Made by a program: the position numbers and the translations under genes. The notes beneath the pieces are model-generated. The model was not told the origin of the DNA, did no database searches, and saw nothing but the letters and a program-made list of their open reading frames with translations. Of a DNA stretch of 64,000 bases, positions 56,176 to 64,000 are shown piece by piece (position 1 is the stretch's first letter; the number at the start of each line of letters is the position of its first letter). This stretch comes from an uncultured virus (IMG/VR IMGVR_UViG_3300048926_000230) (lineage: Duplodnaviria; Heunggongvirae; Uroviricota; Caudoviricetes): positions 1 through 64,000 of the IMG/VR virus record IMGVR_UViG_3300048926_000230. One strand, 5' to 3'.

Positions 56176-57788
56176 TTTTCCTCCTCGTCATAGAGCCAGG
56201 CGTCGAAGTTCTCGTCGCCCCAGCTATCGATTTCTTCGTCGGTTGCGGTGTAGATGAATGCCTCGACCGGCCTGGCGCCGTGGGCGATTACCGCCCAGCG
56301 GGCGAGAGTGATGGCCATTAGGCGGGAGTACGAGGCGTCGTCGACCTCGTCGTCCCACACGAACCCGCCGCTCGGCAGGTCGCGCTTGATGGCGTTAGAG
56401 ACTGAACTGGTGAGACGTGGGTCGTTGCCGTGGGAGATAACGGGAATACCCGCCGCGAATACGTCATTGAGCAAACCGCCGCAGCCCTGCGCCTCCTCCG
56501 TGATGGAGGGAACGATGGGCTCCACGCCAATGGCGCGGATGTCGGGCAGGATGTCGCTAGCCGCGCCGCGGCCGACGATGATCGCCGCCACGTCCCACGA
56601 CGTGATGATCTCCAAGAAGTACTTGAGGACGACGTCGGCGGGCTCAGTGCCCGAATAGCCAACCTCCATATGGATTCGGTTGATGACCGTCTGGGAGTCC
56701 TCGTTGAACTCCTCAGTGCGCCACGCCGCGGCAATCGTCCACGGACCGCCCTCAGGGGCCCGGTAGATCGCGACCACGGGGCGACCGGTGAAGATCGGCT
56801 CCAGGTCGATCAGAGCCTCCCAGCGCGCGCGCGGGATCTCAGAGCGGCCGTCACCAAAGGCTGGCCAGTCGCCGACGCCGAGTCGGTCAACGCCGAAGTC
56901 GCGAAGGTTCGCGACCATCTCCTGGTACTCGTCGGCGATCTTGTCCTCGGTCTGGCGATATCCCAAGCCGGGGTTGGCCATTGCCCAGTACTTGCGCTCG
57001 CCGAACTTCTTCGGGTCGAGGTCGTCGGGGGCGGACCACTCCAGGAAACAGAGACGGTTGCGCTCGCCGGACTCCAGTTGCTGGAGCGCGCGGTAACGGA
57101 CGCCGCCGAAGGTTCCGCAGTGCGGGTGGGTGCGCTGATCCGCCGCGGTGCCGGTGTAGATCACCTGCGGGTTGGGCCGGGCCGACACGGTAGGCAGTAG
57201 GGCCTTCAGCGATCCCGGGGTGATGTGCATGGCCTCGTCGAGGATCAGGCGGTCAGCGGTCAAGCCGATGCCCGAGCGGTCCGTACGGGTTTGGAACATG
57301 ATCTTGGCGCCCGGGTTGGGGCCATCCAGGATCTCGATGCTCTCGGCGCCGTGGGCCTGCTTCGCCTTGTACTTCAAGCCGGACTTGGCGAGCAGCGATT
57401 CGAGACGCTCCATCGCGTTGACGGCGGTCTTGAACTCGTGGGCGGAGTGGATGATGAGGCGCTCACCGAACAGGATCAGGCCGGCCAGCTCCAGGGCTTC
57501 GAGGATCGAGCCCTTCCCGTTCTGACGCGAAACCACAAGGCCCACAGAGAAGGCGGCCCACTTGGCAACCAAGTCACCGGTGTCGAGTTCGACGAACTCG
57601 TCGGTTTCCTTCAGGGCCTCGTGTACGGCGAGTTCCTGCCACGGGTCGAGGAATAGGCCGCAATCCGCGGCGAGGTCAATAGCGTCCTGGCCAGAGGAGG
57701 AATTAGCTTCCGGGGCTAGCCAGATCCTTGGTTCCTGAATTCCTCTTAGCGGCAAGTCGTTCGGCGCGCTTAACAGCGAGCTGGTCAT
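56172..57788 (-). CDS. terL: Terminase large subunit
   Basis: Walker A VSRQNGKG, Walker B LILDEA, coupling motif YTGTA, WAMANPGLG. Confidence 0.92.
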   Translation of the reverse strand: MTSSLLSAPNDLPLRGIQEPRIWLAPEANSSSGQDAIDLAADCGLFLDPWQELAVHEALKETDEFVELDTGDLVAKWAAFSVGLVVSRQNGKGSILEALELAGLILFGERLIIHSAHEFKTAVNAMERLESLLAKSGLKYKAKQAHGAESIEILDGPNPGAKIMFQTRTDRSGIGLTADRLILDEAMHITPGSLKALLPTVSARPNPQVIYTGTAADQRTHPHCGTFGGVRYRALQQLESGERNRLCFLEWSAPDDLDPKKFGERKYWAMANPGLGYRQTEDKIADEYQEMVANLRDFGVDRLGVGDWPAFGDGRSEIPRARWEALIDLEPIFTGRPVVAIYRAPEGGPWTIAAAWRTEEFNEDSQTVINRIHMEVGYSGTEPADVVLKYFLEIITSWDVAAIIVGRGAASDILPDIRAIGVEPIVPSITEEAQGCGGLLNDVFAAGIPVISHGNDPRLTSSVSNAIKRDLPSGGFVWDDEVDDASYSRLMAITLARWAVIAHGARPVEAFIYTATDEEIDSWGDENFDAWLYDEEEN

Positions 57789-58098
57789 GTGAGGACTTCT
57801 CTCCGGATGATGCCTCCGGCAATTCGGAAATGCCCATCTTGGCGAGAATTGTCGTGAAGGCGCTTAGTAGTTGGCGGTGCTCGGAGATCAGCGGGTTGGC
57901 CGTCTCGGTGCCCTGCCCATTGATGACGGTGAGCCGGGGGTCGAGCTGGAATTCCGCGTCGATCCGGTCCAGCGTGTCCGCCATGCGGGCGACGTTGAGG
58001 CACTGAGCCCTATGGATTGCGTCGACTGGGCGCCCCTTGATGAGGGCCTCGTACACCGCCCGGCCGCGCTCGGCGAGGACGTCGTCGAAGTCCATCAA
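57703..58098 (-). CDS. terS: Terminase small subunit (P27-like)
   Basis: VARMADTLDRI...GTETANPLISEHRQ...LAKMGI. Confidence 0.75.
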   Translation of the reverse strand: MMDFDDVLAERGRAVYEALIKGRPVDAIHRAQCLNVARMADTLDRIDAEFQLDPRLTVINGQGTETANPLISEHRQLLSAFTTILAKMGISELPEASSGEKSSHDQLAVKRAERLAAKRNSGTKDLASPGS

Positions 58099-58448
58099 TC
58101 CGAGAAGCTTTCCGACCAGGCCACATGGTCGGCGGACACGTGCACGCGCTCGCCACTCCAGCCGTCAAGCCAGTGGTTGCCCTTTCGTCGGGCACACTCG
58201 GAAACACGCCCACCGGCCACGGTGATCGTCGCACCGCACGCGGCGCCGGGCTCCTCATTGGGTTCGAGCTGCTCCGGATGGCTGGGTAGTTGTCCTCGCA
58301 AGTAGGCCAGCCAGCGCGTGTCATCCTCGGCTCGAATTGCTTCAGCTACATCGAGACTCGTGACATTTCCCTCGCCATACACTGCGATGAGTTCGTCGAT
58401 GACGCGGCGAACTTGGGCATCACGGTCGGGAATGGTGATGGGGCACAT
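58095..58448 (-). CDS. Phage hypothetical protein
   Basis: RBS aaggagg; coupled to terS. Confidence 0.6.
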   Translation of the reverse strand: MCPITIPDRDAQVRRVIDELIAVYGEGNVTSLDVAEAIRAEDDTRWLAYLRGQLPSHPEQLEPNEEPGAACGATITVAGGRVSECARRKGNHWLDGWSGERVHVSADHVAWSESFSD

Positions 58449-58566
58449 TAGTCCTCCTTGGTGATCACCCAGGGTTGCTCGAATGCCACACCGAGTCGCG
58501 GCACGATGTAGACCTCGCCGGCTGGGAACGTGTCGAGAAGCTGGCCAAGGAGGCTGCCTTCGAGAT

Positions 58567-59538
58567 TTAAAGGGCCCACTTGTAATCCCTGTTGAGCTTG
58601 TCGATCTTCTGCTGCAACTCCTCCACGGGCGTTGCGTTGAAGGTTTGGTAGAGGTACGGGTGTTTGGAGGCCGCCAGCATCGGGCGCAGTTCCTCCAGGC
58701 GCTCGGGAGTCGCATCAACGCCGTCGAGGACCAGAACGTCAGCCATCAGGCCGACGCCGGAGTACTTGGAGTTGGCCAGGAACAGGATCTCGCCGCCCGA
58801 GCGCAAGAACTTGATGCGCTCATTGCTGTGGGCGGTGAAGATGCGAATGTCATCCTCGATCCAGCGCTTCCCGATATCCTTCTGGACGTCAAGGGCTTTC
58901 CCGAATCGGCTGGCGATGTATACAACTCGCTTGCCGTCCATGGCGTGCGAGATCATCGCCTCGATCAGTCGTTCGGTCTTGTCGAGTCCGGTGACGGTGA
59001 TCTCTTGAATGCCGTCGGTACCCGAGTCGTTCCACGTGCCGCTGGCTACTAGCGCCGGGAAGTTGGCGATACCCTCAGGCGCGTTGATGGTGAATTGCTG
59101 CGCATCCACCGCGGCGATAGAGCCACCGCCATTGGGCGAGATCGTGATGAAAGGCTTCTGCGGCGTGGTGGACAGATGCCAGCCACGCTCCTTGAGGACC
59201 GCCAGCAGCTCTTCAGCCGTCGCAGTACGGGCGTCGACGACGGGCTCAGGCTCCGGGAGCGGTTCGGCCAGATCCTCGTCGAGGAAAACTGGCTCATGAT
59301 CCGCGGGCGCCGGCTCGCGGAAGACCTTCACCGAGCGCGCGAACACCGTCATCGTGACGGTGGCGCACTTACTCTTGCTTCCAACCCCTTGGACGGTGAT
59401 GTTCGCGTCCTCGGGCAAGAGGACTTCCATGCCGTTGATGCGAAGGTTCGTCGCCTTAACGGGAACGGCCTCGGCGAAGTCCCGGCGGTGGGTCTCGTAG
59501 ATCTCGATATCGAGCGGAGTGAATTGGTCAAGCGGCAC
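58567..59538 (-). CDS. Protein with C-terminal degenerate terminase-ATPase-like domain
   Basis: C-terminal ~100 aa align with TerL (SGVGLMADVLVLDG versus SGIGLTADRLILDE). Confidence 0.65.
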   Translation of the reverse strand: MPLDQFTPLDIEIYETHRRDFAEAVPVKATNLRINGMEVLLPEDANITVQGVGSKSKCATVTMTVFARSVKVFREPAPADHEPVFLDEDLAEPLPEPEPVVDARTATAEELLAVLKERGWHLSTTPQKPFITISPNGGGSIAAVDAQQFTINAPEGIANFPALVASGTWNDSGTDGIQEITVTGLDKTERLIEAMISHAMDGKRVVYIASRFGKALDVQKDIGKRWIEDDIRIFTAHSNERIKFLRSGGEILFLANSKYSGVGLMADVLVLDGVDATPERLEELRPMLAASKHPYLYQTFNATPVEELQQKIDKLNRDYKWAL

Positions 59539-59550
59539 TAGGTGTTCCCC

Positions 59551-59961
59551 CTATTGCTGGTTCACCGCCGCCATGAAGACTGGCCAGGGCATCGCTGGCG
59601 TATATGGCGCGTCGGCTTTTGAGGTATCTGTGGGCGCGTAGGCGCGGTCGTTGAGCCCCTCGCCACGCATGCGGTTGCATTCGGCGTGGAGGAGGCGATC
59701 TGGCGGGAGCACGGGCTCACCGCGGCGCAGAGACTCCGCGCGAGACATCTTGGAGTGATCGCCCTGAAGGACGCCATTGCCCCGCCGGCCGGGGTCGGAC
59801 TTGTCGTAGTCGTAGTTCAGCGTGGCGTCGAGCCACATGGGCCGGCCACACCACGGCATCGGGCACGGTGACCCGTCCTTGAAAACGGATCGCAGGTAAG
59901 CCACCGCTTGCTGGTGCCGCCAGCCGAGGCCCTTCTCGGTCGTTGTTTTCTTAGCTGCCAT
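59551..59961 (-). CDS. Packaging-associated HNH endonuclease
   Basis: GLGWRHQ...CPMPWCGRPM...GDHS...DRLLHAECNRMRG; first gene upstream of the terminase block. Confidence 0.8.
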   Translation of the reverse strand: MAAKKTTTEKGLGWRHQQAVAYLRSVFKDGSPCPMPWCGRPMWLDATLNYDYDKSDPGRRGNGVLQGDHSKMSRAESLRRGEPVLPPDRLLHAECNRMRGEGLNDRAYAPTDTSKADAPYTPAMPWPVFMAAVNQQ

Positions 59962-60114
59962 GGCTAGATGCCCGTCAGTTACGGGCCCCGCACGAGCAGC
60001 AGATCCCGCCGATGTGCGTTGTGTACTGGGTGCAATACAGGCAGAGCTTGAAATCGCGCACGTTGCGTTCCTTATTTTTCGAATATTTGCTGAGGCGCCA
60101 TCAACGGCGAAAAT

Positions 60115-60170
60115 GTCTCATTATTGAGATAAATCTCTTACCCGCGGGACTTGTGCGGTAGAATCCTGCA
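60115..60170 (+). promoter_or_regulatory. Phage promoter class A, copy 4 (-10 TAGAAT at 60159)
   Basis: gtctcattattgagat / ctcttacccgcgggac / gcggtagaatcctgca at 20-bp period. Confidence 0.7.
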
Positions 60171-60189
60171 TATGCGCAGGTCAGACGCG

Positions 60190-60295
60190 ACTTTTCTGGG
60201 AAAAACCAACGGGGGGAGAAATACCGCTGACGATCTCAGCGTACGTATGTTCGCTGAACTTTTGACCCACCCCCGGGGGTGCCTGGTGCCCACGC
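60190..60295. other. Probable cos / packaging-site region
   Basis: Non-coding, at the switch of gene orientation upstream of HNH-terS-terL; minus strand has CCCCCGGGGGTGGGTCAAAA...TTTCTCCCCCC, typical of cohesive-end regions. Exact cut site not determinable. Confidence 0.55.
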
Positions 60296-60389
60296 TGGCG
60301 CCTGTGTGGGCGTGTGTGCAGCTCCGTTGTGGGTGGTCTGTTACGTCACGTGACGCTCCACGAGAGCTGTGCGAGGTTCTAGTTAGGTA

Positions 60390-60418
60390 TTGACAACTAT
60401 CGAGAATGGCTGTAGTGT
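60390..60418 (+). promoter_or_regulatory. SigA-type promoter (class B)
   Basis: TTGACA-17 bp-TAGTGT; leaderless 37-aa ORF at 60426-60539. Confidence 0.7.
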
Positions 60419-60574
60419 AATGAACATGAATAAGAGCACCTGCAATGCAGAGACATGGGATGGCAATGTGGACGATCCGTCCTATGCATACTGCGACCTG
60501 CCTCACGCACACGCTGGTGATCATCACTACGCGCTCTAGCTCATGAACAAATCACACACAGATGGGAATCACTA

Positions 60575-60811
60575 ATGCTCACACGTATCGCACTGGCATC
60601 CATCGCCATGGCGGCCGGCATGTATGGCGCACCTACCGCATATGCACAGCCTGTGCATGACTCTGCAACCGTCACTGTCGATGGTGTCGACTACCCGGTG
60701 TGCGCAGAGGAGGATTGCTCCGACCAACCGGGACAGATCGGTGTGTGGACCAATTCAGAAGGTGATCGGTATCTGTCGCTTGGTGAGTACAGCCTCTACG
60801 TCAATCCCTGA
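60575..60811 (+). CDS. Small secreted phage protein
   Basis: Signal peptide ending AYA; PVCAEEDCSDQPGQIGVW. Confidence 0.65.
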   Translation: MLTRIALASIAMAAGMYGAPTAYAQPVHDSATVTVDGVDYPVCAEEDCSDQPGQIGVWTNSEGDRYLSLGEYSLYVNP

Positions 60812-61236
60812 TACGCGCGATTCTGCGCAGAGATGAGTTAGTGAGAATGTCCTACTTTGACGATCTGACACCTGGTCAATCCGTCACCTACTGCGAACGG
60901 TCGGCCGTATTCGTTGCACACCACTACTCCGGTGATGGGTACGTCATCGAATATGCGGACGGCACGCTGGCGACCGTCTACGCGCTGGTGGTGAAGCGAT
61001 GAGTGCAGAGCGCGCCCGTAGGGCGGACAAGATCGCCGCGAAGTTCGAAAAGCAGGGCGATATGAGCAGCGCCGGTTACTGGCGCCAGAAGGCGGAGAAC
61101 TACCGGAAACTGGTCGTCGCACGTGAGGTTGTCGAGAGCTGGAGTAACGCATGATCCGCGCAATGGTCGCTTCGGTCATCTTCGCCGCGATTATGGCCGA
61201 GAGCTTCAATATGGCCGCAACCCTGTTGGTGGCGCG

Positions 61237-61506
61237 ATGAATGCCCGTCACGCCCTGGCGATGCTCGACGCGAATTGGCTAGACCATCTCGCCGCGATGC
61301 CTGCCGAGGAATTGCAGCGGCTACAGCGTGAGCTGCTTTCCATGTCGCGACACCCGTCGCTGGCCCTCAACGCTCCAGCTCGGCTCATTGCCGGCGAGCG
61401 GATGAAGGACGTCGATGAGGAGATAGCGCGGCGATTCTCGGCCATCTGGGGACACGCGGACAATGACGCGCTATCCCTCCAGATGTACCGAATTACCCGT
61501 TCATAG
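61237..61506 (+). CDS. Phage hypothetical protein
   Basis: ORF ends just before the next promoter. Confidence 0.5.
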   Translation: MNARHALAMLDANWLDHLAAMPAEELQRLQRELLSMSRHPSLALNAPARLIAGERMKDVDEEIARRFSAIWGHADNDALSLQMYRITRS

Positions 61507-61509
61507 TTG

Positions 61510-61538
61510 TTGACAACTACCGTCAATCGGGATAGAGT
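61510..61538 (+). promoter_or_regulatory. SigA-type promoter (class B), leaderless to 61545
   Basis: TTGACA-17 bp-TAGAGT-6 nt-ATG; TAGTTG/CAACTA inverted repeat around the -35. Confidence 0.75.
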
Positions 61539-61544
61539 AAGAGC

Positions 61545-62045
61545 ATGACGAACACAGAACGCGCAATCGAACTCTCCGGCGCTGATATCGATGCCATTGT
61601 GGCCGGTTACCTGGAATGCCAGTTGTGGGCCGGACTGGACTATGGACACACGGGTTGTGATGACAATGCGGAATGCAGAAACTCCGCAGACCCGGAACCG
61701 CACCCTTACGATGACAACTACTCGGTTGAGAATATCTCCCCCGAATACGTCGCCAAGGTTCGCGAAGAACTGTCAGACGTTGTCACGGCGCACCCGCTTG
61801 CGGTGCGGATGTATCTTGCACACCGTTCTACCAGAGAGCGCGTAGCGGCCGGTTTCAACAGGGTTGACGCTGTAATCACGTCGGAATACTTCGGCCATGA
61901 CTTCTATCTGACCCGGGAACATCACGGCGTCGGATTCTGGGACCGTGGACTGGGTGAGCTTGGCGAGTATCTGACCAAAATCGCGAAGTCTTACGGTTCC
62001 GCCGAAACGCTCTGGGACAACGGGGACGGAGTGCTCAATGCTTGA
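61545..62045 (+). CDS. Conserved phage protein with GHDFYLTR..HGVGFWDR motif
   Basis: Motif widespread in phage genome-end genes; function unknown to me. Confidence 0.75.
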   Translation: MTNTERAIELSGADIDAIVAGYLECQLWAGLDYGHTGCDDNAECRNSADPEPHPYDDNYSVENISPEYVAKVREELSDVVTAHPLAVRMYLAHRSTRERVAAGFNRVDAVITSEYFGHDFYLTREHHGVGFWDRGLGELGEYLTKIAKSYGSAETLWDNGDGVLNA

Positions 62046-62853
62046 TGCCGACTCCGACGCTGAGCTTATCCGTCTAGCGCGCAGGCATCCGCGGGATATG
62101 GATGTCCGCGCCGAATTGTGGGACCGCGCCGATATGGACGCTGAATACTGCGGCAGTTCGCAGCTCGCCGCAGATCTGACCCAGATGGGAATCAACCGGC
62201 CGACCATTGTTCACGCGTCGACCGAAGCACTCACCGACCGTTATCGCAAGCGGTACGAGAACTAAGGACAGGGACAATGAGCATTCACGGCATCGAAGCG
62301 CTACTCGCAGAAGCGGCAACAATAGCGAATGACAATCCCGAAGATGAGGCACAGGGAGCTTGCCAAGTCGTATTGTCAAATGGCGATTCGATCTCGGGTC
62401 GAATTGACAACGTAAGTGACGGGATTGCCGTGTTTGGCGAAAACGAACACGATGGAAGGCACCCGAGTTTTCCGCTATTCATTCGAGTGAGTCACGTACT
62501 CACGTTCCAGTACATCTAAAGCCCCCGCCAGAACAGGGAGACAGAGCAATGAGCAAGCAAGCCAATAGCTACCGCAAGGTCTATCCGTCCCGCTGGGATA
62601 TCCGCGCAGAGATGAACGCGCGGGAAATGTCCCGGGGCGCAACCGTGCGGGTGCGTGTTCGATGAGCGCCAGTAAAGCGAAACGTGGTCAGAGGTGTGTG
62701 GTGTATTTAGGTGACGGATCGACCGTTACCGGCACGCTCACCGGATATCGAACCGAGAATGCGGGCAAGTGGAACGTTGCTCGATACAAGCTAATCACGC
62801 TAGACGATGGCACCGAATACGCCACCATATTACCCGCTTACCAAAGGGTCTGA
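62038..62853 (+). other. Short phage hypothetical genes (62038-62265, 62277-62519, 62662-62853)
   Basis: Short ORFs with RBS or coupling. Confidence 0.55.
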
Positions 62854-62854
62854 A

Positions 62855-63460
62855 ATGAACGCATACCGTACCGAGACAGTCGATACCGTGGCCGGTGAGT
62901 ACGTGATCGAATTGCACTACGACGAGGACGCAAGCAATCCCCTCACCGACTGGGACCATCCCGGGATGGCTTTCTGGGTCAACTACGATTCGTCGCGGTT
63001 GGTCGAGACGGACACACTGGACGAACCGCTAGACGAGGCGCCCGCCCGTGTAATGCGCGAATTCGTCCGGCTGGACAGTGACCAGGATGCCGTGATGAAC
63101 CGGTTCAACAAATGGCGCGCGATCACGGGCAGCCCATGGATGCTAGTCGCCGGTGAGGACTTATCGTCGCAGTCCGATTACTACCGGTGGTTCGCCCTAG
63201 TCGACACTCGCGAAGACTTCGGGCCAGACGGTCACGAGGCCGCGGTGCAGCTCACGATGGATGTCTACCGCAGATGGGCCGCTGGCGAGTTCTGCGGGCA
63301 TGTCGTCACCGGTCCGGATGGTCACGAGGTCGATTCGTGCTGGGGTATCGACGATGACGACTACGCACTGAGTGAGGCGCGCGCCACCATTGAGGCAGAT
63401 GTGCCCGAACGTGTCGCAGCGGCAAACCGGGTCGGTAGCGGCTTTGTGGGTGTGCTGTGA
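62855..63460 (+). CDS. Acidic phage hypothetical protein (VDSCWG motif family)
   Basis: YDEDASNPLTDWD...YRRWAAGE...VDSCWGID. Confidence 0.7.
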   Translation: MNAYRTETVDTVAGEYVIELHYDEDASNPLTDWDHPGMAFWVNYDSSRLVETDTLDEPLDEAPARVMREFVRLDSDQDAVMNRFNKWRAITGSPWMLVAGEDLSSQSDYYRWFALVDTREDFGPDGHEAAVQLTMDVYRRWAAGEFCGHVVTGPDGHEVDSCWGIDDDDYALSEARATIEADVPERVAAANRVGSGFVGVL

Positions 63461-63546
63461 GCCTCATTCGCAGATGGATAGCGGCCTACCGGCGCGCGTT
63501 CCCGCCCATTGACAACTCTGACGACCGATTCAACTGGTAGGGACCA

Positions 63547-64000
63547 ATGAACGATCAAACGCTAGTCGCTGATCTGGTAGACCGTGGCGAACCGCTGGCA
63601 GAGTCGCCGGTCGACTGCTACCTAGAGGTGGACCGCGACGACCACAAGGCGATCATTGTGTGGCGCGAACCGCTGGCATTCCATATCGAGTGGAACGGCG
63701 CCCGGTGGTCGGAACATGCCGACAGTGACGGGTGGCTGGCCAGCAGCGCTGAACTTCAGTTCGCGAACCGTCTGACCGACTACCTACGTCGTGCGGGTGT
63801 CGATGATGCCGACGTCTACACAGAGGGATACAACGGTGAGGACGAACCGACACTCACGTTCGAAGTGGTCACGCCGTACCGTGCCGGCGAAACCTTCAAG
63901 TCTTGGTTTGACCGTATCGGCTGGCCTGTCGTCGCGACACTGACCAACGTCACGGACCCGGGCACGTTCATGAGTCCGTACCTGTTCGACATGACATCGC
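63547..64000 (+). CDS. Phage hypothetical protein (partial, runs off window)
   Basis: Open frame from ATG 63547 to the window end. Confidence 0.55.
   Translation, partial: MNDQTLVADLVDRGEPLAESPVDCYLEVDRDDHKAIIVWREPLAFHIEWNGARWSEHADSDGWLASSAELQFANRLTDYLRRAGVDDADVYTEGYNGEDEPTLTFEVVTPYRAGETFKSWFDRIGWPVVATLTNVTDPGTFMSPYLFDMTS

Larger units (their letters stand above)
3320..64000. mobile_element. Large siphoviral prophage (left boundary uncertain, 3318-3800; continues past window end)
   Basis: Complete packaging, head, tail and lysis module plus dense small phage-type ORFs directly next to host efpA. Integrase not in window. Confidence 0.95.

Noticed and set aside
63584..63678. Short direct repeat GCGAACCGCTGGCA
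   Set aside because: Only two copies inside a coding frame (EPLA twice); no evidence of function.

Overview
Mycobacterial chromosome (GC-rich). Positions 1-3301 are host genes: a partial EfpA-like MFS paralog, an alpha/beta-hydrolase esterase and efpA. From roughly 3.3-3.8 kb to the end of the window lies one large siphovirus-type prophage, and no integrase or repressor is visible in the window. Its layout is: about 40 small + strand accessory genes (3974-16329, including Pth2, a release-factor-like protein lacking GGQ, a cyclic-phosphate receiver domain, an R2K ATP-grasp, Lsr2, an HNH and DUF3039); a minus-strand glycosyltransferase and NrdH; a lysis cassette; a long tail region carrying SGNH and glycoside-hydrolase domains; tape measure; tail and head-tail genes; a 5.6 kb island of glycosyltransferases, an NDP-sugar dehydrogenase and three tandem paralogs inserted behind the HK97-type capsid gene; protease, portal, terminase and packaging HNH; a probable cos region near 60.2 kb; and + strand genes beyond it. 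The most notable observations are (i) several truncated or catalytically disabled look-alikes of conserved proteins (release factor without the GGQ loop, a lone EF-Tu domain II, a terminase ATPase paralog with altered Walker B, a dead SGNH paralog), possibly decoys; (ii) four promoters of identical geometry (GTCTC-N6-GAGAY palindrome with a -10 exactly 44 bp downstream); (iii) a glycan-building island inside the virion operon; (iv) an N-terminal module shared by three virion proteins; and (v) two genes that seem to need non-canonical start codons. All family calls come from motif recognition by eye, not database searches.
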